Assembly (NCBI GenBank): GCA_903907305.1
Contig: CAIVNT010000208.1
Location: 1 to 44,904 of the forward strand
DNA length: 44,904 nt
Reading direction: 5' to 3'
Origin: an uncultured Ignavibacteriota bacterium
GTDB taxonomy: Bacteria; Bacteroidota; Ignavibacteria; UBA10030; UBA8401
A program made the position numbers and the translations under genes. The notes beneath the pieces are model-generated. The model ran no database searches. It was not told where the DNA came from and worked only from the letters and a program-made list of their open reading frames with translations. Positions 17,656 through 26,425 of the stretch are shown here, piece after piece. Position 1 is the stretch's first letter. Every line of letters begins with the position of its first letter.

Positions 17656-19503
17656 TTATTCTTCGATCACATTTTTCTTCTTTGACGCGCGGTTCCGTTC
17701 ATTCTGATCGAGGATCTTTTTTCGGATGCGGATGAAATTCGGAGTGACTTCAACGTATTCATCATCGCCGATCCATTCGATTGCCTGCTCCAGCGTCATC
17801 AACAGCGGCGGTTCAAGACGGACAGACTCGTCGGTTCCCGATGCACGCATATTCGTCAGCTGTTTTGCTTTGCAGACGTTCACCGTCATATCGCCTTCGC
17901 GCGAGTTCTCGCCGACGATCATTCCGGAATAGACTTTCGTCTGCGGATTAATGAAGAATGTCGAGCGGTCCTGCAGTTTGAACATTCCGTATGCAACCGA
18001 TTCGCCGGTCTCGAGAGAGACCAATGCTCCGCGGGTGCGGTGAGAAAGTTCCCCTTTGAACGGTTCATATCCCTGGAAGTTGTGATGCAGAATTCCCGTT
18101 CCTTTTGTCTGTGTCATGAATTCGTTACGGAAGCCGATCAGTCCGCGTGCCGGTACGAAGAATTCCAGACGGGTGTTTCCGTTGGCAGAGATCATATTCT
18201 TCATCTCCCCTTTACGCTTGCCGAGATTCTCGATCACGGTTCCGGTGAATTCATCCGGTACGTCGATGATCACATGTTCGATCGGCTCGCAGAGCACATC
18301 GTCGATCCGTTTATAGATCACCTGAGGACGGGAGACCTGAAGTTCGAATCCTTCGCGGCGCATATTTTCGATCAGCACGCCGAGATGCAGTTCGCCCCGC
18401 CCGCTCACTTTGAACGCATCCGGTGTATCGGTGAGTTCAACCTGGAGAGAGACGTTCGAACGAAGTTCTTTCATCAGACGTTCTTGAAGATTTCTCGTCG
18501 TGACATATTTTCCATCCAGACCGGCGAACGGTGAATTGTTCACGACAAAATTCATTGTCAGCGTCGGTTCTTCGATGGCCACGAACGGCAGCGGTGTCGG
18601 GTCTGCAGCATCAACGATCGTCTCGCCGATGTCGACATCTTCCATTCCGGAAATTGCAATGATATCGCCCACGCTTGATTCTTCGATCTCAATGCGCTTC
18701 AATCCTTCGAATGTGTACATTTTTGCTACGCGTGCATCTTCCGTAACACCGTTACGGTGAATGATCTTCATCTGGTTCTTGATATGGATCGCACCGCGGT
18801 GCACTTTACCGATACCAAGGCGGCCGAGATAATCGTTGTAGTCGATGGTGGTGACAAGCATCTGGAACGGAGCATTGATATCGCCTGTCGGAGGCGGGAT
18901 CTTGGAAACGATCGCATCGAACAGCGGTTCAAGCGAAGTTCCTTTGTCCTCCAATTCCAGCTGTGCAATACCCTGTTTGGAGATCGCATAGATGGTGGGG
19001 AAATCCAGCTGCTGATCGTTCGCGCCGAGGGATAAGAACAATTCAAACACTTCATCCAGAACTTCATGAGCACGGGCATCTTTACGGTCGATCTTGTTGA
19101 TGACAACGATCGGCTGCAGATTCAGATCCAGCGATTTTTTCAGAACGAATTTTGTTCCCGGGAGCGGTCCTTCGGATGCGTCCACGAGCAGGAGCACGCC
19201 GTCTACCATCTTCAGTGTGCGTTCCACTTCGCCGGCAAAGTCCGAGTGACCAGGAGTGTCGACGATGTTGATCTTATATTTTTCTTTTGTGGTCTTGTCT
19301 GTATAGAAAACCGAAGTGTTCTTTGCGAGGATCGTGATACCGCGTTCTTTTTCCTGCGCATTGGAGTCCATGACGCGCGTTTCCATATGCTGGTTCTCGC
19401 GGAATGTTCCGGTCTGTCTCAATAATTGGTCCACCAGTGTGGTTTTGCCATGGTCAACGTGTGCGATGATGGCGATATTACGGATATTGCTTTGTTTGAA
19501 CAT
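17656..19503 (-). CDS. typA: Translational GTPase TypA/BipA
   Basis: IRNIAIIAHVDHGKTTLVD (G1), DTPGHSDF (G3), NKIDR (G4), and length and domain order as in BipA. The start is set at MFKQSNIRNIAI (ATG 19503) because a terminator hairpin sits inside the longer track ORF. Confidence 0.95.
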   Translation of the reverse strand: MFKQSNIRNIAIIAHVDHGKTTLVDQLLRQTGTFRENQHMETRVMDSNAQEKERGITILAKNTSVFYTDKTTKEKYKINIVDTPGHSDFAGEVERTLKMVDGVLLLVDASEGPLPGTKFVLKKSLDLNLQPIVVINKIDRKDARAHEVLDEVFELFLSLGANDQQLDFPTIYAISKQGIAQLELEDKGTSLEPLFDAIVSKIPPPTGDINAPFQMLVTTIDYNDYLGRLGIGKVHRGAIHIKNQMKIIHRNGVTEDARVAKMYTFEGLKRIEIEESSVGDIIAISGMEDVDIGETIVDAADPTPLPFVAIEEPTLTMNFVVNNSPFAGLDGKYVTTRNLQERLMKELRSNVSLQVELTDTPDAFKVSGRGELHLGVLIENMRREGFELQVSRPQVIYKRIDDVLCEPIEHVIIDVPDEFTGTVIENLGKRKGEMKNMISANGNTRLEFFVPARGLIGFRNEFMTQTKGTGILHHNFQGYEPFKGELSHRTRGALVSLETGESVAYGMFKLQDRSTFFINPQTKVYSGMIVGENSREGDMTVNVCKAKQLTNMRASGTDESVRLEPPLLMTLEQAIEWIGDDEYVEVTPNFIRIRKKILDQNERNRASKKKNVIEE

Positions 19504-19593
19504 TGTTTTTCCTGAAAATGACCCAAACTTACAAAGAATGATTACGACAGGACTTTGTGGCTTTGGGTGAGAATTGAACTCTATTAATAAAAA

Positions 19594-19618
19594 ACGTCCC
19601 GAATTGCGTGCGGGACGT
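19594..19618 (-). terminator. Rho-independent terminator of the small upstream gene
   Basis: ACGTCCCG-9 nt-CGGGACGT stem. On the minus strand it is followed by TTTTTAT. Confidence 0.65.
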
Positions 19619-19715
19619 TCAATTGACTGCATTAATATACAAAATTTTCTTTAAAAAACCTCTGGTGCCTTGTTATCCTGTCATTAAATTACAGTAATGT
19701 ACAGCGTAAGGTGAT

Positions 19716-19931
19716 TTATGCGCGAAAATCAATCGATTTGTATGTTTTCGGCAGATTGCCGTCCTCTTTTTTTTCAGTCTTTTTGACCGTAGAGACTGTT
19801 TTTGCAATGTCTTTTGCTTCGGTATTGATCTTATCGCTCAACGCCTTTTTGGCAACCTGGTGCTTCAGCTGATTCTCCGCCAGTTGCGTCGTGATGACAA
19901 CTGGGGAAAGGGAAACGGATCCGGTGATCAT
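19716..19931 (-). CDS. Small (71 aa) hypothetical protein, possibly YjfB-like 'putative motility protein' family
   Basis: GGAGG lies 7 nt upstream of the ATG and the gene has its own terminator at 19594-19618. The helical QLAENQLKHQVAKKALSD segment resembles the YjfB core. The family call is weak. Confidence 0.5.
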   Translation of the reverse strand: MITGSVSLSPVVITTQLAENQLKHQVAKKALSDKINTEAKDIAKTVSTVKKTEKKEDGNLPKTYKSIDFRA

Positions 19932-20070
19932 AATAGTACCTCCATTTACTATACATCAAAATGATACTAATGCTGTGCCAGTAAACATCTGCCGAAATCC
20001 GTCGGATTTCGGGAAAACAATTCAGGAGCGTTGAATCTGAATATGTAAATTGAACAAATTATATAAAAAA

Positions 20071-20106
20071 TTCGGTAGAGACGGATAATTATCCGTCTCT
20101 ACCGAA
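20071..20106. repeat. REP: perfect 36-nt palindrome TTCGGTAGAGACGGATAA|TTATCCGTCTCTACCGAA
   Basis: Read directly from the sequence. Lies 10 nt downstream of the RAYT stop. The core GTAGAGACGGATAATTATCCGTCTCTAC is identical to that at 20668-20703. Confidence 0.9.
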
Positions 20107-20116
20107 TACGGTAAGG

Positions 20117-20659
20117 TCAATCACCGGACAAAAATGATTCATTCGAACCATTTTTATTTTTTAACCAATTCATTGGATTATTTGTGATGTATTGCCGAAT
20201 CACCTGTAGTTCATTTTCGTTTCGGACGATTCGGTCATAGTATCGAGATTGCCAGGCAAAAGTAATATCATTCATTGTAGCATATTTTTTTACCGATGCT
20301 TTATAACCGCGGATAATGGAAGGAAGATTCTTTGATTGCGGTCCAAACCGGTTTGGTTTCCACAAATGATGCTCCGGATTGTTTATCAACAATACTCCAT
20401 GCACGTGATCGGGCATGATTACAAATTCATCCAATTCAACGAAAGGAAAATGCTGCGGGATTTCGTACCAATATTTTTGAGCAAGAGATCCAATTTCTGT
20501 CGTCTGCAGAGCGGTGACGTCATTTGCCGAAGCTATTTTTCCAAAATAGTGCTGTTTGTCTTTTGTGCAGATGGTTACAAAATATAGTCCTGCAGAGCCG
20601 TAGTCCCATCCCTTTAACCGATTGGAAGGGATTCGATATTTGTTTTTATATTCTTCCAA
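20117..20659 (-). CDS. rayT: REP-associated tyrosine transposase (RAYT; IS200/IS605-like Y1 HUH enzyme)
   Basis: HUH motif in MPDHVHGVLLI, catalytic-Tyr helix SRYYDRIVRNENELQVIRQYITNNPMNW, and N-terminal YRIPSNRLKGWDY. TTG start, with no nearby in-frame ATG. The gene is visibly more AT-rich than its neighbours. Confidence 0.85.
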   Translation of the reverse strand: MEEYKNKYRIPSNRLKGWDYGSAGLYFVTICTKDKQHYFGKIASANDVTALQTTEIGSLAQKYWYEIPQHFPFVELDEFVIMPDHVHGVLLINNPEHHLWKPNRFGPQSKNLPSIIRGYKASVKKYATMNDITFAWQSRYYDRIVRNENELQVIRQYITNNPMNWLKNKNGSNESFLSGD

Positions 20660-20667
20660 AATATATT

Positions 20668-20703
20668 ATTTGTAGAGACGGATAATTATCCGTCTCTACA
20701 AAT
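20668..20703. repeat. REP: perfect 36-nt palindrome ATTTGTAGAGACGGATAA|TTATCCGTCTCTACAAAT
   Basis: Read directly from the sequence. Lies 9 nt upstream of the RAYT start and overlaps the stop codon (20696-20698) of the amidase gene. Confidence 0.9.
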
Positions 20704-21313
20704 TTGGTTTTATATTAATTTGGACATGATTTTTGAAATATCCGTTTTCGATGTACCGATACAGATTTTTTCCCGGACAGACCGTTTTCGATGAATAATC
20801 CTTATGCGCGCGGATGGAATCAACCGGTACAGAATATTTTACAGAAAGATATGTCATCATCCTCACGACAGCATCGAGCTGTTCCTGGCTCGGTTCCACT
20901 TCCTCAAAATTACCGACGACCTCGATCAGTGCATGTCCGGTCGGATCGTATTCGGTGTTTGTGTCGCCGGCGTAATCGATCTTACGTCCTTCGTAGATCG
21001 TTCCGTTCAGATCGATGATGTAATGATACGGGATGTCGATCCACTTCTTCTCGTTGCGGGACCATTTCTGAAGATTGCGGAGGTATTGGACCGGGTCCTT
21101 TCCTTTGGGGAATGGTTCGCCCTGATGATGGAGGGTGATGTGTGTGATGGTATGTTTCCGTGCGAGAGAATCGACGGCCGGTGTGCCGCCCCAGTCATTC
21201 ATGGTGATGATGGAGTGTTCAACTTCGGCGGCGGAGAATTGTTTTGATGAAGCGCATCCTTCAATGAGAAGGAAAGCAATGAACGCGGAAGAAAAGAACA
21301 GAAGATGTTTCAT
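20696..21313 (-). CDS. N-acetylmuramoyl-L-alanine amidase (Amidase_2 / PGRP fold), lipoprotein
   Basis: Lipobox LLIEGC; ITHITLHHQG..., YHYIIDLNGTIYEGR and AHKDY...TVCPG are zinc amidase_2 motifs. Confidence 0.85.
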   Translation of the reverse strand: MKHLLFFSSAFIAFLLIEGCASSKQFSAAEVEHSIITMNDWGGTPAVDSLARKHTITHITLHHQGEPFPKGKDPVQYLRNLQKWSRNEKKWIDIPYHYIIDLNGTIYEGRKIDYAGDTNTEYDPTGHALIEVVGNFEEVEPSQEQLDAVVRMMTYLSVKYSVPVDSIRAHKDYSSKTVCPGKNLYRYIENGYFKNHVQINIKPNL

Positions 21314-21340
21314 ACAGGTTTTTTATGAAATGTACTCCGC

Positions 21341-22390
21341 TTATGCCGGAACCGCAAAGTATTTCTTCTTCATCCATAATGCCGCATTCACGAGTGCGAG
21401 AAGTACCGGCACTTCTACCAGCGGACCGATCACCGCGGCAAAGGCTGCGCCGGAATGGATGCCGAAAACAGCGATGGCAACGGCGATAGCAAGTTCAAAA
21501 TTATTACTGGCGGCAGTGAAAGAGAGAGTGGTCGTTTTTTCATAACCCGCTCCGCTTCTTTTGCCAAGATAGAATGAAACGGAGAACATGATCACAAAAT
21601 AAATAACAAGTGGTATTGCAATGCGGACGACATCCATCGGGATCGCAACGATGTATTCACCTTTGAGCGAGAACATCACCATAATGGTGAAGAGCAGAGC
21701 AATGAGCGTCAACGGGGAGATCTTGGGAATGAATCTCTGCAAATACCATTCTTTCGATTTGAATTTCAGCAGAGTGTAACGGGTGAGCATTCCGGCAATA
21801 AATGGGATTCCGAGATAAATGAAGACGCTTTCTGCTATCTGTCCAATGGTGATATCAACGACAAACGTCATCAAACCGAACCAGGCCGGGAAAACGGTAA
21901 GAAAAAGATATGCATAGACAGGAAAGAAGAGCACCTGAAAGATGGAATTGAATGCGACAAGTCCGGCAGCGTATTCCGTGTCACCTTGCGCAAGTTCGTT
22001 CCAGACGATGACCATGGCAATGCACCGTGCCAGTCCGATCATAATCAATCCCGCCATATACTCGGGATAATCGCGCAGAAAAATAATTGCAAGAACGAAC
22101 ATCAGTACCGGACCGATGAGCCAGTTCTGCACGAGGGACAACAGAAGGATTTTTTTATTCTTAAAGACATCGGAGAGTTCTTCGTATTTCACTTTTGCGA
22201 GGGGCGGATACATCATTAAAATGAGTCCGATGGCAATGGGAATATTCGTCGTACCGCTACTCAAAGAACTCCAGAACGGCACGATGCCCGGAAAGAAATA
22301 GCCGGAGAAGACACCGATGAGCATTGCAGAGATGATCCAAACGGTGAGATATCGGTCGAGGAAAGAGAGTTTTTTCGTGAGCGAATTCAT
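21341..22390 (-). CDS. acr3: ACR3-family arsenite efflux transporter
   Basis: [13 protein letters not shown] start, about 10 TM helices, and the ARCIAMV motif containing the conserved ACR3 Cys. The start is set at MNSLTKK (ATG 22390). Confidence 0.9.
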   Translation of the reverse strand: MNSLTKKLSFLDRYLTVWIISAMLIGVFSGYFFPGIVPFWSSLSSGTTNIPIAIGLILMMYPPLAKVKYEELSDVFKNKKILLLSLVQNWLIGPVLMFVLAIIFLRDYPEYMAGLIMIGLARCIAMVIVWNELAQGDTEYAAGLVAFNSIFQVLFFPVYAYLFLTVFPAWFGLMTFVVDITIGQIAESVFIYLGIPFIAGMLTRYTLLKFKSKEWYLQRFIPKISPLTLIALLFTIMVMFSLKGEYIVAIPMDVVRIAIPLVIYFVIMFSVSFYLGKRSGAGYEKTTTLSFTAASNNFELAIAVAIAVFGIHSGAAFAAVIGPLVEVPVLLALVNAALWMKKKYFAVPA

Positions 22391-22525
22391 GTGTTCCCTA
22401 AAAGTTGTATCGCAAGAAAGTACGTTTGTCACACTGAGCGGAGTCCCCCGTCTTAACAAATTCAACGAACGGGGTGCCGCTCACTATAAAAATAGGGCGG
22501 CAGAAGTGTGACAGATCATAAAGAA

Positions 22526-22569
22526 TCATGCCTCCCTACGGGATCGTAGATCGGCTCCGCTCGGCATGA
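22526..22569. repeat. Hairpin element (TCATGCC ... GGCATGA) enclosing motif TCCCTACGGGATCGTAGATCGGCT
   Basis: Read directly from the sequence. The inner motif matches 167-190 at 20/24 positions. Lies in the arsC-acr3 spacer. Confidence 0.7.
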
Positions 22570-22571
22570 CA

Positions 22572-23000
22572 TTAGTATTTTATTTTTAAGATGACTTCCA
22601 GATAAAAATCATGGAACCCTGTTTTGATCTCGTCGCGGATACGTCTGAATTCTGCGAGGATTTCTCCGTCTGTTCCTTTTGCTTCAGCCGGGTCATCGAA
22701 ACCGATATGGATACGGTGTTTTACGTTGCCGATGAACACAGGACAAGTCTCTTTCGCGTTCCCACAGACAGTGATGACATAATCGAAAGATTGAGATATT
22801 AGTGAATCGACCGTTTTTGGATAATTCTTCGATAGATCAATGCCGATCTCGTTCATCACCGTTACTGCAAGAGGGTGAACGCGTGACGCGGCTTTCGTTC
22901 CGGCAGATAATACTTCCCACGACGGATCAAACGATTTTAAAAAACCTTCCGCCATTTGCGAGCGGCAGGAGTTTCCGGTGCAGAGGATGAGGATACGCAT
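22572..23000 (-). CDS. arsC: Arsenate reductase, LMW-PTP (thioredoxin-coupled) type
   Basis: ILILCTGNSCRSQMAEG P-loop (CX5R) and downstream Cys residues (VCGNAKETCP). Start at MRILIL (ATG 23000). Confidence 0.9.
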   Translation of the reverse strand: MRILILCTGNSCRSQMAEGFLKSFDPSWEVLSAGTKAASRVHPLAVTVMNEIGIDLSKNYPKTVDSLISQSFDYVITVCGNAKETCPVFIGNVKHRIHIGFDDPAEAKGTDGEILAEFRRIRDEIKTGFHDFYLEVILKIKY

Positions 23001-23093
23001 ACAGAGTAATGGATAGTTGATAATGGAGAATTGAAAACGGAAAACGGACAATTATCAATTATCCATTTCAATAGCTTTTACAAAATAATTGAT

Positions 23094-23906
23094 CTACGGT
23101 TTTTCAGCATACACCGTAATACTGAAGATCCCCGCACCGCTCTTGCGGTATTCGAGCGCCTCTTCAAGCGAGATATATTTCACAAGCAGTTCGTTCGGAA
23201 TGTTGATCTCGCGGTCTTTCTGTACAGTGATGTTGATGAAGCCGGCACCTCTGATCGTCTGAAGATATTCTTCCTTCTGCTGTGCGCCCGAAACGCATCC
23301 GGCGTACATTGTAGCGGCGGAACGAATATTGTCCGGCAATTCGCCTTTCAGAACGATATCCGAAATAGAGAAGTGTCCGCCCGATTTCATAATTCGGAAA
23401 GTTTCGGAGAATGCTTTGTGTTTGTTGGGAACGAGATTCATTACGCAGTTACTGACGACGACATCGGCAGTGTTGTCTTCTACCGGCATATTCTCGATAT
23501 CGCCGAGACGGAACTCCACATTCGTGTATCCGAGGAGCTTCACATTTCTGTTCGCTTTTTCGAGCATCGGCACCGTCATGTCGATGCCGATCACATGTCC
23601 GCTCTCGCCGACGATGGAGCGCGCGACGAACGCATCATTGCCGGCGCCGGAGCCGAGGTCCACAACAATATTTCCCGGTTTGATCTGCGCGAATTCCGTG
23701 GGGAGTCCGCAGCCGAGTCCGAGATCAGCAGTTGCAACATAGCCGGGGAGATGAGAATAATCCTCGGACATGACGGTAAAGTCAGAATTTGTTGTGCAGC
23801 ATCCACCGCTGCCGCAGCATGATGTTTCGTTTTCTTCCTTCGATTGGAGAGCGATCTCGCCGTATTTTTCTTTCACAAGGTCTTTCAGTTCCTGATTGGT
23901 AGACAT
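23094..23906 (-). CDS. arsM: Arsenite S-adenosylmethionine methyltransferase
   Basis: Cys-rich N-terminus (SCCGSGGCC), SAM motif VVDLGSGAGND, conserved later Cys residues (SNCVMNL, YAGCVSG), and operon context with arsR/arsC/acr3. Confidence 0.85.
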   Translation of the reverse strand: MSTNQELKDLVKEKYGEIALQSKEENETSCCGSGGCCTTNSDFTVMSEDYSHLPGYVATADLGLGCGLPTEFAQIKPGNIVVDLGSGAGNDAFVARSIVGESGHVIGIDMTVPMLEKANRNVKLLGYTNVEFRLGDIENMPVEDNTADVVVSNCVMNLVPNKHKAFSETFRIMKSGGHFSISDIVLKGELPDNIRSAATMYAGCVSGAQQKEEYLQTIRGAGFINITVQKDREINIPNELLVKYISLEEALEYRKSGAGIFSITVYAEKP

Positions 23907-23964
23907 AATACATACCTCTATATTTTGTAGTAGGGACGGGATAATCCAGTCCCTGCAGTGGTTG

Positions 23965-24285
23965 TTAACAGCACTTCTTCATTGTTACCAGGAACTCTCC
24001 AAGCATGGACTGCATCTCGTTCCATCCTTTTTCATCCAGGCAGTAGCAGACCGATGTTCCGTCGATGGAACCTTTGATGAGTCCGGCATTCTTCAATTCA
24101 CGCAGATGCTGCGATACAGTGGATTGTGAGAGCGGGAGTACTTCGACGATATCGCCGCACATACAGGAATTCGATTTGGAGAGATATTCCACGATCGCCA
24201 CGCGGGCAGGATGCGCGAGTGCTTTGGCGTAGCCGGCGAGCCGGTTCTGTTTGAGAGTGAATTCTTTTGTTTTTGAGAGTCCCAT
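23965..24285 (-). CDS. arsR: ArsR/SmtB-family metalloregulator
   Basis: Winged HTH with a CMCGD metal/As(III) site immediately before [21 protein letters not shown]. Confidence 0.9.
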   Translation of the reverse strand: MGLSKTKEFTLKQNRLAGYAKALAHPARVAIVEYLSKSNSCMCGDIVEVLPLSQSTVSQHLRELKNAGLIKGSIDGTSVCYCLDEKGWNEMQSMLGEFLVTMKKCC

Positions 24286-24297
24286 AGGTGTCTTTAT

Positions 24298-24334
24298 CTA
24301 TCGTAATATTACGATAGAAGTTTCATGAAAGCAA
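24298..24334 (-). promoter_or_regulatory. Putative ars promoter with an overlapping ArsR operator
   Basis: Perfect 20-nt palindrome CTATCGTAAT|ATTACGATAG (24298-24317) lies 13 nt upstream of the arsR ATG. On the minus strand the layout is TTGCTT (24329-24334), 17 nt, then TAATAT (24306-24311), so the -10 box sits inside the palindrome. Confidence 0.5.
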
Positions 24335-24449
24335 GACAAATTATTAAATAGAACACGGAAAGAACGGATTTTCGCAGATAATTTGTTGGATTGAACCGTT
24401 TGCTTAAAGCGAACGGTTCAATGACGGACACCTATCCGTGGTCTATTTG

Positions 24450-25139
24450 CTAGACAGAAAGTAGCTGTTCGAAGAAACCGCCGAAGGTCCGTTCTTTGTT
24501 GACGAAGTGAACTTCCAGGATCCAATCGCGGGGATTCCCCTGAATGTCGAGTTCGGAGAGTTTGATGGGATTGTCGGGATGAAGATAGTTGTGCACTTCG
24601 TCGCCGAGGATCCGCTCATGCGGAAAATTTCCAATGAGATGGCCGCAATGGATGTTACCGAATTCCCATCCGTATTTCGGTGCGAGTGATGAGATGAATT
24701 GATAATACTGTGCGCCGGTCAATTCGTCTTTGTGTTCGTCGTAATATTTCTTTCCGTCATTCCAGGCGGACTCAATATCATTCTTCAATTTGATCTTCTG
24801 CGGATCTTTTCCCAAGACATACGTCCTTCCGAAATCCGCTTCCCAATCTTCAAATACGGGACCAAAATCGAAAAAGAGAATGTCATCGGATCGGATGGTC
24901 AGGTCCGGCGGATTCTCTCGGTAGGGAAGCAGCGTATTTTTTCCCGTGCGGACGATCCGTTTGTGCCAGTATTTTCGAATGCCGAACATTTCGAATGCGA
25001 GTTCATACACTTCGTCATTCAACACCTGCTCGGATTTCTCAGATACGATGAGTCCGCGCGATTCTATTTCGCGGAACAAATGTTCTGCTTTTTGTTGTGC
25101 TTCGAGTAATTGTTGTTTCCGTGGAGAGAGTTCACTCAT
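24450..25139 (-). CDS. M24-family metallopeptidase-like protein (stand-alone pita-bread domain)
   Basis: Metal-ligand pattern DFG...DFGRT...CGHLIG...E...ILEVH. No N-terminal creatinase-like domain. Confidence 0.7.
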   Translation of the reverse strand: MSELSPRKQQLLEAQQKAEHLFREIESRGLIVSEKSEQVLNDEVYELAFEMFGIRKYWHKRIVRTGKNTLLPYRENPPDLTIRSDDILFFDFGPVFEDWEADFGRTYVLGKDPQKIKLKNDIESAWNDGKKYYDEHKDELTGAQYYQFISSLAPKYGWEFGNIHCGHLIGNFPHERILGDEVHNYLHPDNPIKLSELDIQGNPRDWILEVHFVNKERTFGGFFEQLLSV

Positions 25140-26338
25140 TGTCTGCCCCCGAAAAAATAAAGCATCATATCGGGGAAACGTTCACGCCAGCTCGCCCACT
25201 CATGTCCGTCATTCACTTCCTTATAATAGTGCGGTATGCGGAACGAGGTGAGGAGTGAATCATAACGGCGGTGTATTGTCAGAAAATCGAGATGATCAAA
25301 ATCGCTGCCGGTCATCGGAATATCATACCGACCGCAATCCATATAGATTCTCAATCCTGCGGGAAATTTTCCTGCGGCAGCGGCAACCCGTGTTCGTTCA
25401 GAGAGTACCGTTGTAATTGAACCGGATTGGATCCCGGCATTCCCGAAGAGCTCAGGATACGTAAGAGCCGTTGTAAGGGTGATCGAACCGCCGTCGGAGA
25501 TTCCGGTCATTGCCCGATACGAAGGAGTGCGGCTGGTTCGATACATTGCATCAATAAGCGGTACTAATTCCTTAGCCAGATAAGCGGCGAAGCGGTCCAT
25601 TGCATTTCCCACATACTCATTTTCCCTGTTCACCGGAGGAATGAACACAGCGATGACTGGCGGAATTTTTCCTTCGGCTATAAGATTGTCCAAAATTGTC
25701 GGAACGAGTGCATAGTCGATCGCTTCGAATCCGTCGTGCACGTACACGGAAGGAAGAGCGGCGAGTGTGTCATATCCCGCAGGTCTGTAGACCTTAATGG
25801 GACGGCGAGCGATAAAATAATGATTCAGCGGTGCGGGGATGTTCACCAGCGGTGCAATCGAATCGATCACACCATGCCAGATATCACTTCTATAATAGAT
25901 GTAGGGTGTCCGAATGAATTTCGGCATCTGCACTTCGGAGTGCAGTCCGAATCCGCTCGGAGTGATGCGCGGATTCTGCGGATCGGTCCTGAATTTGCCG
26001 TTGATAATCAGCTGATAATCCAAACGGGCATCGGATGGGACAATGAATGTTGAATGAAAGAATGAGAACTCACCACATGATATTTTTTGGAGCGGAACGG
26101 CGTTCTGCCATTGCTGAATATTTCCAATCACTGCAACGGACTCCGCGGCACCGTACAGAACAAAGTGCAGAATTGAATCCTGTTCGATGATCGGCGAGGT
26201 CTTCTTGGTGTTCAGATACTGCTCGATGATCTTCCTGCGCTGTTCGACCGGGGATTGTTCCAGTTTCTGGATGACCGATTCGAATGTTTGCGCGGAGAGA
26301 AACGATGCGAAAATGAAAATACGTAAGACATGTCTCAT
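25136..26338 (-). CDS. Secreted esterase (putative esterase / enterochelin-esterase-like alpha/beta hydrolase with N-terminal Ig-like domain)
   Basis: Signal peptide from MRHVLRIFIFASFLSAQ, IAVFIPPVNRENEY, and nucleophile elbow GISDGG. Has a 4-nt overlap with the M24 gene. Confidence 0.7.
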   Translation of the reverse strand: MRHVLRIFIFASFLSAQTFESVIQKLEQSPVEQRRKIIEQYLNTKKTSPIIEQDSILHFVLYGAAESVAVIGNIQQWQNAVPLQKISCGEFSFFHSTFIVPSDARLDYQLIINGKFRTDPQNPRITPSGFGLHSEVQMPKFIRTPYIYYRSDIWHGVIDSIAPLVNIPAPLNHYFIARRPIKVYRPAGYDTLAALPSVYVHDGFEAIDYALVPTILDNLIAEGKIPPVIAVFIPPVNRENEYVGNAMDRFAAYLAKELVPLIDAMYRTSRTPSYRAMTGISDGGSITLTTALTYPELFGNAGIQSGSITTVLSERTRVAAAAGKFPAGLRIYMDCGRYDIPMTGSDFDHLDFLTIHRRYDSLLTSFRIPHYYKEVNDGHEWASWRERFPDMMLYFFGGRQ

Positions 26339-26425
26339 AGTAGTCTCTGATTCATACAACGATGTGTCTAACGATTGCAAGGCAAACTGTTACACTTCGG
26401 CTTCGCTCAGCGTAACTGTATTTCG

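Noticed and set aside
19504-19632. 43-codon N-terminal extension of typA in the ORF track
   Set aside because: BipA homologues begin close to the G1 motif (MFKQSNIRNIAIIAHVDHGKT). The extension also contains a terminator hairpin (19594-19618) belonging to the upstream small gene.
23031-23822. 263-aa plus-strand ORF antisense to arsM
   Set aside because: This is a shadow ORF. The minus strand encodes a complete SAM methyltransferase in operon context, and the plus-strand product has no recognisable features.
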